DNA from: a virus | Lineage: Duplodnaviria > Caudoviricetes | Strand: one strand, 5' to 3' | Virus record (IMG/VR): IMGVR_UViG_3300027985_000562 | Location: 1-59,427 of that record | Length of the DNA: 59,427 nt | In this document: one piece after another, positions 39,455-49,222 of the stretch | Position numbering within the stretch: the first letter of the stretch is position 1 | Layout of the letters: every line of letters starts with the position of its first letter | The notes under the pieces: generated by a model | Told to the model about the DNA's origin: nothing | The model's input: only the letters and a program-made list of their open reading frames with translations | Database searches by the model: none | Made by a program: the position numbers and the translations under genes

Positions 39455-39802
39455 TCAGCGCCACCGTGATAAAGCTTCACCCTCAGCTATTCTTTTCATA
39501 ATGACTTCCTTGCGTTTTTTCTTGGTGGTTACAAATAAGTTTTTAAACCGGTTGTTACTTACAATGCCGTCAATATGTTCAATATATTTGTGCAGCGCCC
39601 CGGTCATATAAAACACGGCCAATTGATCTAATCGGAAATTTTCATTATCTATACGGATTGTTAGCGTTCCACTAGAACTAAGTGCGCCAGCAAAACCACC
39701 AATTTTAACCCTTGATTTTGGACTGCTTTTATTTAACCAAGTAAACATCCCTGTTTCCGGATTATAAGATAATAGAAACTTCAGACGTTCAAGCGTCAGC
39801 AT
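39455..39802 (-). CDS. HNH homing-endonuclease-like protein (probably degenerate)
   Basis: LTLERLKFLLSYNPETGMFTW...IEHIDGIVSNNRFKNL; lacks the usual AHRL motif and AP2 tail. Confidence 0.65.
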   Translation of the reverse strand: MLTLERLKFLLSYNPETGMFTWLNKSSPKSRVKIGGFAGALSSSGTLTIRIDNENFRLDQLAVFYMTGALHKYIEHIDGIVSNNRFKNLFVTTKKKRKEVIMKRIAEGEALSRWR

Positions 39803-39814
39803 GGATACCTCGCA

Positions 39815-40682
39815 TTACTTTTTAAACATGGTGAATACTGTATCTTTTGTAATAAAATAAATTCCCTCTAATTCAACCCATAGACCAAAAACAAAAGCGT
39901 TTATGCAAGTTAAAATAAAAGAGAAGGCCAATAATCCAATCACAGCAAACAACGGCAGGATCTGGTTTGCCATAATGGCAAATATGACATACATGCACGC
40001 AAACATAGCGAACATTGTAAGAAAGCCAAATTGGTATAGTTTCATTTATTACCCCATCAATATTTAATTTAAAATAACATCAAAACAAATTAATAAAGGT
40101 CATCTCTCTTTTTTATTTCAATGCAATCAAATTGTTTTGGTTGCACTTTTTCAGATATTTTATCGGCGGCCTGTTCACACAGTCTTTTACTTTGAAAGTC
40201 TTCCACAATAACTGGCGGCACATAAACTGGTGTAGCGTAATCCATCGGACTAAACATCACGTAAAATACCAACATCCAATCAGCCATTTTTAATTTCCTC
40301 CACTTCAAGTTCGACGCGGGAATACGGAATGTCATCAATTGAAACAATGTAAGACATTACCCCAGTTAACTCCCCGCACAACCAAACATCACCATGCAAT
40401 GCTTTGGTATTTTCATTTTTAAACCGGACAAGTTTGTTTTTTAAAGCAACCAAACTGTTATAGTCCATGTTAATTCCTCTCTTTTACCAGACCATTAATT
40501 AATGCAATCGTATATTTGAATCTCGTATAAGATATTCCCGGAAGAGTTTGTTTTACTTGTTGATAATTGCTTTGCAGAATTAAGGTTAATTGTTCCAGAT
40601 CATCACACTTGGCTTGTTTATATTGCTTTATGGTTTGGCGGCAGATCTGGAACAGGACATTTTCTATGTTGTAATTACTCAT
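39815..40682 (-). CDS. Cluster of four small AT-rich hypothetical genes (39815-40045 two-TM; 40090-~40287; 40280-40468; 40470-40682)
   Basis: Abutting or overlapping leftward ORFs with GAGG/GGAG RBS. Confidence 0.55.
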
Positions 40683-41596
40683 GCCGCGCTCTTTAACGAC
40701 TCAATGATCCGCATGGCGGCGAGTGGTGGCACGGCATTACCTGCCATATGTACGGTTAGCTTGTGGCTGGCTGGCCGTTTGGTTGAGTCCGGGAATGACA
40801 TTGCGCGCATGTTTTCGTCTGCCGTCAGCATCCGCATTCTGTCACCATGCACGATCGCCCAGCGATCCTTTGTCGTGATTGTGCCGATCGGTCTTTTGAT
40901 ATCTCGCCCGGAGTGAGAATTACCGTAGTAGCTCATCACAAACGTATCACCAAGTTGTTCGCGCCCGTTAGCGACGCGGCTTAGTGTTGCTGGGGAGCGC
41001 TTTGGTTTATTGACTGGGGACCAATTGCCCGCATTCAAATCAATAAACGATGTGGCCGGTTGGTGTTGCAACTTAGGCAGATCCAGATAGAGCGGCGTCT
41101 TGCTTTTGGCGCAAACGATGAATAGGCGGATCCTGTTTTGTGGTACGCCCAGATCAGCACAATCCACTACATGCGGCGCTAGTGAATAACCAAGAGCATT
41201 CATTGCTGCAGACCAAGCGGGGTAGAGTGTCCAGCTTAAAAACTCCGGCACATTCTCAACGATCGCTAATTCCGGTCTATGATATTCCAGCGCAGAAACA
41301 ACCGCCCATGCGGTAGAACGGCTGGCGTCGTGCTGTGGATTTCCGTTTGCTTTGCCGCGCGCTTTGCTGTGTCCTTGGCAGCATGGGGAAGCCAATAAAA
41401 TGTCATGCGATGGAACCAGAGACCAATCAGCCTGGTGTAAGTCTTGGCAAACATGGATCGCTTGTGGGTGATTTTCTGAATGCCATTTCACGGCATCCTG
41501 CCAATGGTTGGCAGCCCATAACACTTCACATCCAGCCATGGTTGCGCCGGTACTCCAACCACCAAGTCCGGCAAACAAATCAACAACGGTTGTCAT
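40679..41596 (-). CDS. DNA cytosine-C5 methyltransferase
   Basis: Motif I DLFAGLGG, motif IV SPCCQGHS, motif VI ENV, motif VIII Q.RIRLF, motif X GNAVPP. Confidence 0.92.
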   Translation of the reverse strand: MTTVVDLFAGLGGWSTGATMAGCEVLWAANHWQDAVKWHSENHPQAIHVCQDLHQADWSLVPSHDILLASPCCQGHSKARGKANGNPQHDASRSTAWAVVSALEYHRPELAIVENVPEFLSWTLYPAWSAAMNALGYSLAPHVVDCADLGVPQNRIRLFIVCAKSKTPLYLDLPKLQHQPATSFIDLNAGNWSPVNKPKRSPATLSRVANGREQLGDTFVMSYYGNSHSGRDIKRPIGTITTKDRWAIVHGDRMRMLTADENMRAMSFPDSTKRPASHKLTVHMAGNAVPPLAAMRIIESLKSAA

Positions 41597-41665
41597 GTAT
41601 TTTCTCCAGACAAAGTGCCGCCACTGCTAAGTTATCAACAGAAACGGTGAATAAGGTGTGATTAA

Positions 41666-42268
41666 TTAATCGGCAAGTTTTGAACCGATGCCGCGATGGA
41701 AACGAACGATAGGGGATTCATTGATTTTGAAGGTGGGGAAAGCGACAAAACATGAATCAAAGTTAGGGCTGCTTTTCTTGATTATTCCGTTGCGCTCATA
41801 AAACGGATAGCGGCCATCTGGCTCATAGATAACGCAACCTTTATTCAGTGCAGAGCGCCACCAGTCCGTCAGTTTAGTGTAGGGTAGTAGCATCATGCCG
41901 GGGCGTCCGGCGGCCTGCTGTTTCTTGGCGTGCCGGATAAACTCAGCCTTCAGATCAAAAGGCGGGTTACACCACCAGTGTTCAGGCCAATCCATGTTTA
42001 GTGAATCAAGTCCGAAGCACACGCTTCCAAGGTGATTTTCTGCAAACCGGAGCAAGTCTTTGGTGTCGCGCGGGTCGGTAATTAAATCAGCCAGGATCTG
42101 ATCGGTTGTGAAGTACCGCTCACATTTTGCTGTCAACGGCTCTGCTGCGACATCTACAAAAAAGTCGCGCCCGTACAGGTGTTGGCCGTCCGCAAAACAT
42201 TCCCACGTTGTCCCCCAGTAATTTTTATCAGCATCCGCTGTTTTTGACTTTACTAAGATCGCCATCAC
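41666..42268 (-). CDS. Phage DNA N6-adenine methyltransferase
   Basis: DVAA...AKCERYFT...DSLNMDW..HWWCNPPF catalytic motif. Confidence 0.85.
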   Translation of the reverse strand: MMAILVKSKTADADKNYWGTTWECFADGQHLYGRDFFVDVAAEPLTAKCERYFTTDQILADLITDPRDTKDLLRFAENHLGSVCFGLDSLNMDWPEHWWCNPPFDLKAEFIRHAKKQQAAGRPGMMLLPYTKLTDWWRSALNKGCVIYEPDGRYPFYERNGIIKKSSPNFDSCFVAFPTFKINESPIVRFHRGIGSKLAD

Positions 42269-42278
42269 TATTCCTCAC

Positions 42279-44016
42279 CTATGGTTCGTTTGGTATATAC
42301 GCAACAGGGAGATAACTAATCTCGTAACCATCATTGAGCAGATTCTTATAAACCACCTCAAGCACGGATTTATCTTTGTTGCATTGCATACACCCACCAA
42401 ATCGTGATTTAAACGCCTTCCCGTTTTTTGTGAGCCAGAATCTTTCCAGATAAACGATAGAGCCATCTTTTGGTGTTTCTATCGTTGCTAGTGGAAAGCA
42501 AATTAGCACGTCATTAATACTCATAAAACGCCCTCTTGAGTTATCTGATTCAACAAATGCCGTGCGGCGGCCAGTGTGTCTTCTGGGTTAAAATCCTCAT
42601 GACAAACCAACTGATAAATACCACTCTCAACTCGTTCGGTATTTTCGATGATGTGAGACAATAGATTACGCAGGTCCGCGCAGTAGTCTTTTAGCCTGTC
42701 AACTTCCTCTTGCATATTGTGCACTGTTTCATCTTGGTGTTGATTTTGTTCATGTCGTTGTCTTTCATCGAGAGGATACTCTTCATGAATATGTGGGTGA
42801 ACCTCACATTGTCCGCGTGCTAACGGTTGTCCGTAGATATCCCAACTCATAAGCCCTCCAAACTACAGTAAGGCCCGATCAACGGGCCTCAATGTTTTAC
42901 TGAAAATTACTGTATCACTCTGCAGGTTCAGCAACTTCAGGCTGGATCTCTGTAGATAGCGCGCGAATATCATTCGCCAATTCACGAGTTAGACCAACAA
43001 CGTGCTTTGTGGAGATATAAGCAAGCCTTGATAGCGCTGGTACTGTCCCGGTTTTTATAACCGTCAATTGGCCTTCTTCATTAATAGCTAACGCAAACAA
43101 ACCAACAAGTCCGCCCATTTCGGTTGTTAACTTATCTATTGACTCCTTGATATTGGCGGTGACTTCAGTTTTGTACTCTTCAGGTAGCGGGGAGTGATAA
43201 GCGCTCTCAAGCGCCAGCGCTCTCACCATCTGCATATCCGTGATTGATGAGGCGATATCATTTATATCAAGCTCAATGGTGTTTATTTCAGCTTCGGTCA
43301 TTTTTACCTTCCTTCTGTTTGCGGAGTTGTTTTACTTCATCTGCCAGTTTTACGATCAGCTCACATGGATGTATGCCGGTTTCCATGTAAAACGAGTTTG
43401 CGGTAGTGTGGTTAGCGATCTGAGTGATTGCCTCCAGACCGTCCGGCGTTTCCGGATCGAATTTGTTCATAATTGTTGCCTGCATTTCTGCCGGAGTCCG
43501 GTGTAGTCGCATTGCCACCACATCCAATAGATAAAATCGGTGGCGCGTTTTGGGTAATCACCATAAATAAACGTGATTGAACTGTGACGGGATAGGGTGA
43601 TCTCTCGCCAGTAGTTGCGCATCCGGAAGACGTTAATGCGGTGGGATAGTTGCGTGAAAAATAAACGTATGCTCATAGTGTTGCCCTGCTTGATTCGGTG
43701 ATACCGCGATAATCAAACAGCCATTGCAGCCAGTAGTAATTTGGTTTGGTTGTGATTGCGGTGGTTGATTTAACAATTTCGTGAAAATAAAGGCGGACCT
43801 CTTTTTTCGCCCGCCATTTCCGGCGCATTTGCCGGATGCGATAAATCCGCAATAAGTTGTGTAGTGTCATGATTGCCTTCCCTGTAATCTTCCCAGGCTT
43901 TGCGCGAGTGCTACCCGTAGGGTGCGGTAGGTGGTTGCGTAATCCTCAACTCGCTTGAGTTTCCGCACCACAAACCACTGTCTCGCATCATCAAAAATGT
44001 ATTTCTCGGTGGTCAT
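42279..44016 (-). CDS. Cluster of small early hypothetical genes (42279-42524, 42521-42850, 42915-43301, 43288-43527, 43467-43676, 43673-43870, 43867-44016)
   Basis: Contiguous leftward ORFs, several with ATGA overlaps. Confidence 0.55.
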
Positions 44017-44025
44017 AAAACCCCC

Positions 44026-44520
44026 TTAGCGACCCCTCCCGCTTGCGTAGCCATTTGATGTTGGCGCTGAAGGTCTGCCGTTTTGTGGTTGGTTATTGTT
44101 GCGCGCCGGTTGCTGTGGGCGCTGGTTGTTTTGTGGCTGGTTATTTGGCTGGTTGTACTGTGGTTGCCCGTTCTGTGGTTGCGCTGGCGCACCATCCAGC
44201 ATCTGCATTTCATCAGCCACAATTTCCGTGGTGTAGCGTTTCTGACCTTGCTGATCGGTCCATTCCCGCGTCTGCAGTCGGCCCTCAATGTAGACTTTGG
44301 AACCCTTGCGCAGATACTCACCAACAATCTCCGCCAAGCGACGAAACATGACGACGCGATGCCATTCCGTACGTTCCTGTTTCTGACCTTGCTGATCGGT
44401 CCATTCTTCACTGGTAGCCATGGTGATATTGGCTACCGCTTCGCCATTCGGCATGTAACGCACTTCCGGATCTTGTCCGAGATTGCCGACCAAAATGACC
44501 TTATTGACACCTCTATGCAT
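44026..44520 (-). CDS. ssb: Single-stranded DNA-binding protein
   Basis: [20 protein letters not shown]...TEWHRVV...[19 protein letters not shown]. Confidence 0.96.
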   Translation of the reverse strand: MHRGVNKVILVGNLGQDPEVRYMPNGEAVANITMATSEEWTDQQGQKQERTEWHRVVMFRRLAEIVGEYLRKGSKVYIEGRLQTREWTDQQGQKRYTTEIVADEMQMLDGAPAQPQNGQPQYNQPNNQPQNNQRPQQPARNNNQPQNGRPSAPTSNGYASGRGR

Positions 44521-44529
44521 ATTGACTCC

Positions 44530-45138
44530 TTACCATTCATTTCTGACGGTATTCAGCATTTCTTCATAAAAACGCGGCTCGATATCAGCCAGTGCATTTA
44601 CCCCAAAACTGCCGCAAGCTGCTTCCACCGTGAAACCTTTCTTGGTGATAGCGTCACTCAGGACTGAAATTTGTTTCATGGTGATTTTTTGTTGTGGCAT
44701 AAATTCAGGACTATTTGCATCCGGATCTTGCGCGGTATCCTCGGTTGGAATGCAGAACGTCTGGAATGCTGCGTATTTGTAGGCGATCGACATCGCTTTG
44801 TTGGTGGCTTTGTCACCAGCATCCGAGCCTTCTCCAAAGGTGGTAACAGTGTGCGTACTGCCGTCATCGGTACAGATAAAGTCAAACTCTGCTTTGACTG
44901 TGACGTAGTTCATTTGTGTGCCGTGTTTTGTTACCTTTTCCTGCAAGTGGCGCTCAATCATGCGCGGCATAATGACTAAATGATTTTCGACCAATGCCGG
45001 AGCCAGCGCGTTATAAACCGCGTCAATCCCGCGAAACATAAACCCCTGATCTCTATTTTTTGTGTTCTTACCGATCCCGGTCAGCAGGACTGCCGAGATC
45101 GCATTAATGGCTCGGTAAACGCCTAATAGCTGTTCCAT
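44530..45138 (-). CDS. erf: ERF-family ssDNA annealing recombinase
   Basis: FMFRGIDAVYNAL...GEGSDAGDKATNKAMSIAYKYA.FQTFCIPT...DPDA. Confidence 0.9.
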   Translation of the reverse strand: MEQLLGVYRAINAISAVLLTGIGKNTKNRDQGFMFRGIDAVYNALAPALVENHLVIMPRMIERHLQEKVTKHGTQMNYVTVKAEFDFICTDDGSTHTVTTFGEGSDAGDKATNKAMSIAYKYAAFQTFCIPTEDTAQDPDANSPEFMPQQKITMKQISVLSDAITKKGFTVEAACGSFGVNALADIEPRFYEEMLNTVRNEW

Positions 45139-45153
45139 AACTACCTCCGGGCG

Positions 45154-46538
45154 TTAGATTTCCCACATATGAGCGATCCACTCTCGCAATGTCTCGCCCG
45201 CCTGTTGTGCGCACTCTTCGTAAAAATCGCGCTCCGCCTTTGATAGACGGCTGATATAAAAATCGATCTTGTCCATGGTTAGTCATGCCAATCAGTGTGA
45301 TGTCGGCCAAGAGAGTCGTAACGATCATCCCAAGGTTTATTTTCGGTGACTGGTTGATCGGTAAAGCGGCGGCGGTATTCAACCTCAAAGCGGGTAGGTG
45401 GTCCGACAAATAGCACTTTATCTACAAGACACTGGGCGCAGTATTCTTCCCAGTCTGCTTTTTTCTGGCGCATGGTTGTGGATTGGTGGTTTGCCAAAAA
45501 GGATCCATCCCGGATGGACGCCAACAATTCCTCTCTCTTTGGTAGCCTCCCGGAACCGGGACGCTCACGGTAATAACCCATATTAATAATCCCCCGGAAA
45601 ACTGATCTTGGCGCTGTCGCTGGTTGGTAACTCCAGCGCATCCGGATCATGTGAATCAATCGGCATAAGGTTGCGCGGGTCATACAGGGAAAAACCAAGT
45701 GGCTCGATATCCCCAGTACACAACCAGGCTGGTCCGTTATCGGTGTATGCGTAGCGTTGTCCGGTTACTGGATGGGTATATGAACCACCTTCACTGATCG
45801 GAAATTCGGTCTGCACGATCAAGCCGTTGTCTTCCGCGTTTACCCGCAGACCAAAAACCATGGCAAGTCCGCCGCGCCGTAATTGCCCCATCATTCGTCG
45901 TCCTTATAGGGATTCATCCCTAAAATCGCTTTGGCGTGCATCATGGCTGCATGTTCTGTTAGGTGGATCAGGCCGCGTTTCAGCGCCTCAACTTCGTTGT
46001 GTGTCCGCGCCCACACATCCATCCGGACCATTTTTGATGTGCAAACATCCGGCATGTAGTAGATGGTGTTTAATTCCGGCTCGCATCTGAGCGGATGCGG
46101 GATCTCAAACTCATTGACCTTGATAGTTGCGTCCTTGATCCGGTACTCGGCGTTTTTCGTGAAGCCAAGCCAGCTATCACGCATCTCCAGCCAGTCACCA
46201 GCTACCGCGCCCTCAATGACTGCGCCTTCGGCACAGGCATTCACGATCCCCCGGATGCGCTGGCAAAATTCGCGCATTGTTTCGTTCATTGACATATGAA
46301 CCTCCAAAAAAGAACCCGCCGAAGCGGGTCAAAGGTTGGTCGATATCATTGGCTAACAAATCAGTATGTAGTCGCACTCTTCATCAATCTGGGTTAAGGT
46401 GCGCTGCCATTCAATTTCAGCGTGACGTTTATGGATCTCCTGCGCCCGCCGGTCCATTTTTGCCGGGAAAATATCATCTTCCTTGGCTTGATTTAGCGCA
46501 GCAAGGAAGTCTTCTCGCGTTAGTCTTTGCATAATCAT
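45154..46538 (-). CDS. Cluster of small early hypothetical genes (45154-45276, 45279-45581, 45583-45894, 45891-~46295, 46353-46538)
   Basis: Contiguous leftward ORFs downstream of pL. Confidence 0.55.
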
Positions 46539-46567
46539 TACTCCAAAAAAGAACCCGCCGAAGCGGG
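46302..46567 (-). repeat. Identical 27-bp terminator+RBS direct repeat (46302-46328 and 46541-46567)
   Basis: ctccaaaaaagaacccgccgaagcggg occurs twice; on the minus strand it reads cccgc-ttcg-gcggg-ttctttttt-GGAG. Confidence 0.9.
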
Positions 46568-46705
46568 CTAAAACCCCTCCATCAGAGATATCTGGTAGCG
46601 CACTCAGATCACTTATGTATCCGGATTACAAGGCGGAAGTGATCAAATGCGCTTTCAGATACGGCCCATTGCTGGGCCTTTTATCCACGCTCTCTTCTTG
46701 AGAGA

Positions 46706-46882
46706 TTATGCGTTTAGAACATCAAGCGCCGCTTTCACCTCGTCGCTTTCAATCGCGCAATCTCCGTAAAGTTCTTTCTGCTCGAAAAGGATGGAGCGTT
46801 CTCGATCTGCGCCTAACCAAACACCATCATCATCGGTGTGTACCGGATATCCACATTCGATCAAACGTTCATAAATACCCAT
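46706..46882 (-). CDS. Small acidic protein (58 aa), first clear gene of the pL operon
   Basis: MGIYERLIECGYPVHTDDDGVWLGADRERSILFEQKELYGDCAIESDEVKAALDVLNA, preceded by AAGGA. Confidence 0.55.
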   Translation of the reverse strand: MGIYERLIECGYPVHTDDDGVWLGADRERSILFEQKELYGDCAIESDEVKAALDVLNA

Positions 46883-47317
46883 GACCGATCCTTATCCTCA
46901 TAGAGGATGTCGTTTCATAATTGGTGATTGCTCTGGCGGAAGCTCTGGCCGCCACAACCAGACTTCCTACGACTTTTCCACGCTCGGCAGATTGAGTACC
47001 GCATCTATCGTTATTGGCCGACTTTCGCTGTCTCTCGCAGTTGGCTAGACTGCAATGTACTCCCGCCAGAACAATCACAGTTATGCACTCTTTAGAGTGA
47101 TACTGGTGTAATCATCTGATGTGGTCTCACAGCGCTTTTCACATTTCGTTCGATGACCACGGATTACACACTTAGAAACCAATTGCCCCGTTACACAGCA
47201 ACCAATACACTTCGGTTCGCGCTCTCCACGCTCGGCGTTATGTACTATCGGCGCTGCTTGTCGCAGGCTTCAGTCTCATTTTTCCAAATTGTCCTGTATC
47301 GACGTATTGGTACAGAA

Positions 47318-47425
47318 AGAACAGAAAACTAAACTTTGTATGATGAAAATATAGGAAACTAAACTTTGGCGGTCAAGGTGAGAAATAAAGAAAATTGCAC
47401 TTTATCTGGTATAATTTTCTAAACA
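47318..47425 (-). promoter_or_regulatory. pL promoter with CI operators (OL)
   Basis: Minus strand TTGACC-N17-TATATT (47376..47348); 16-bp boxes ending CTAAAC at ~47318-47334, 47349-47364 and 47409-47424, related to the OR boxes. Confidence 0.7.
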
Positions 47426-47503
47426 AATGATATGTAAGTGGATTTTTTTGATTTTTTTTTCAAAAAAAGGCCGCCGAATGGCAGCCTGAAAGGAAGAGGG
47501 ATA

Positions 47504-47641
47504 TTAGTTGCTTCGGTAAACGCTGGCCGTTACCGCTAAACTGGTCCCGCTACTGACTGAATGAAGCGGTAGATAAGCTGCACCACGCGCGGTCAATCCA
47601 ATACAATAGATTGTGATCAGCAATAATAAGAACACGCGCAT
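47504..47641 (-). CDS. Small signal-peptide/membrane peptide downstream of cI (45 aa)
   Basis: MRVFLLLLITIYCIGLTARGAAYL...; AGGT RBS; terminator follows at ~47462-47487. Confidence 0.45.
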   Translation of the reverse strand: MRVFLLLLITIYCIGLTARGAAYLPLHSVSSGTSLAVTASVYRSN

Positions 47642-47660
47642 ACTCACCTACCTTGTAAAT

Positions 47661-48338
47661 CTATAAATCAACCACGATCTGCTTTACTACACCCACAATC
47701 CGGCATTCATCCGTGATCTGCAAGGACGGATAAGCTGGGTTTAATGGCCGCAAAAACTTAATGGGTCCATCCTGGATAAACTCTTTAATTGTCGCTTCAG
47801 TAGAGCCATTGATCATAGCGACTACAATCTTCCGGTTTAGATTGTCCGGGTCAAACACTGGCTCAACAATCACCTTGGCACCTTCAGCGATACTGCGCGG
47901 ATCACTGATACTGCGCATACTATCGCCGTGGATCCGAAGCGCAAACGCCCGCTCTGAGATCCTGGCACTGGTTTCCAACCACTCGGTACAATTCATCGCC
48001 GGGTCACTACAGCCAATGTCCGTCCAATTCCCAGCTTGTACCCATGAGATCAGCGGGACGCGTTTGGATGAAAGCGGGAAAATAATATCTCCGTCATCCG
48101 CTACCAACACATTCCGCAGTTTTGGATCACCATCTCCGCTTTCCAAATAGTGTGAATTCGTCTGCAGGATATTAGCCAGTCGCTCCATATCTTTTGGCCG
48201 ACTTAAATCTTTTTCCCACTGACTAACCGCTCCCTTACTTTCGATACCCATCAAACGCGCAACTTCCTGTTGGCTCAAATTAAGGGCGCGTCTGAGTCGC
48301 TTGATACGTTCACCGCGCGTTTCCATATAAAACCTCAC
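47661..48338 (-). CDS. cI: CI-like repressor (HTH + S24 peptidase)
   Basis: HTH RIKRLRRALNLSQQEVA...AVSQWE; VPLISWVQAG cleavage site; GDSM Ser and ATIK Lys catalytic dyad. Start may be 48326. Confidence 0.95.
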   Translation of the reverse strand: MRFYMETRGERIKRLRRALNLSQQEVARLMGIESKGAVSQWEKDLSRPKDMERLANILQTNSHYLESGDGDPKLRNVLVADDGDIIFPLSSKRVPLISWVQAGNWTDIGCSDPAMNCTEWLETSARISERAFALRIHGDSMRSISDPRSIAEGAKVIVEPVFDPDNLNRKIVVAMINGSTEATIKEFIQDGPIKFLRPLNPAYPSLQITDECRIVGVVKQIVVDL

Positions 48339-48345
48339 AAAAAAT

Positions 48346-48411
48346 GTTCATAAATCTTAACACAAATTGTTGACGCCAAGATAATGATCTATAATGTTCA
48401 CGAAACTAAAC
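48346..48411 (+). promoter_or_regulatory. pR/OR region
   Basis: Boxes gttcataaatcttaac (48346-48361) and gttcacgaaactaaac (48396-48411); TATAAT at 48390-48395. Confidence 0.65.
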
Positions 48412-48415
48412 AAAT

Positions 48416-48676
48416 ATGAGCACAGAAAAAATGACTAACTTAATTCGGATGACGGCCAAGAAAAAGGACGTCATTGCTCATTTCGGCGGAATTACACAAA
48501 CAGCCGCCGCTTATGGTGTCACCAAAGGTGCTGTCAGTCAGTGGCCTGAACTGATCCCAGAAAAACGGGCGCTCCAACTGCCTGCAATTACTAACAACAC
48601 CCTGCTCCCGGTCCCGCTGGAGCAAATCCAACGAGAAGGAATTGCCTATGAGACTACAAAAATCCCCGAAGGTTGA
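48416..48676 (+). CDS. cro: Cro-like repressor
   Basis: KKDVIAHFGGITQTAAAYGVTKGAVSQWPELIPEKRALQL; divergent from cI; start uncertain (48416/48431/48449). Confidence 0.85.
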   Translation: MSTEKMTNLIRMTAKKKDVIAHFGGITQTAAAYGVTKGAVSQWPELIPEKRALQLPAITNNTLLPVPLEQIQREGIAYETTKIPEG

Positions 48677-49107
48677 CGGCCCACGTATCCGCGCAGAAGA
48701 GCCGTTAATCACTCTACTAAAAAATGCCTGCGCAGAGATACACGAGAATCCTAACTCAGGTAGCCCGGAATTTCTCAGGGCTGGGTTAAAAGTTTGGGCG
48801 GAAATTTTTGATGAACATTCTGTTCGTCGAGCAATACGGTTCACAGCAAGGCAGCACGGCATGACTGATGCGCAAGTGCAGGCGCTGCTTGAAAAAGCGT
48901 GTTTCAACCTTGAGGAATAAGGGGTCTTCAATGGCAAAACTGACAAAGGAAGAAAGAGAAGTATTCGATACATTCGTTGGCTACTTCATTAATGACCTTG
49001 TATCTAAGTCTAGCGAAAAATTTTTGGCACATTTGGCACAACCGATGGTGTCAAAAGTCACCAGAAAAATCCACGTTAATCAGAGCAAGAAGCTCACCAT
49101 GCAGTAA
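48648..49107 (+). CDS. Two small hypothetical genes (48648-48920, 48931-49107) in the cII slot
   Basis: Co-directional ORFs between cro and the replication initiator. Confidence 0.45.
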
Positions 49108-49222
49108 AAGAAATGCCCCGCGATTGCGCTAACAATCCGAGGCCGGTCCCTGTATCAACAGTACGAGGAACAAAAGAAATGGTAGCGAAAAATCAAGTAA
49201 ATGGAAAGCGGGAGGTGGATGT

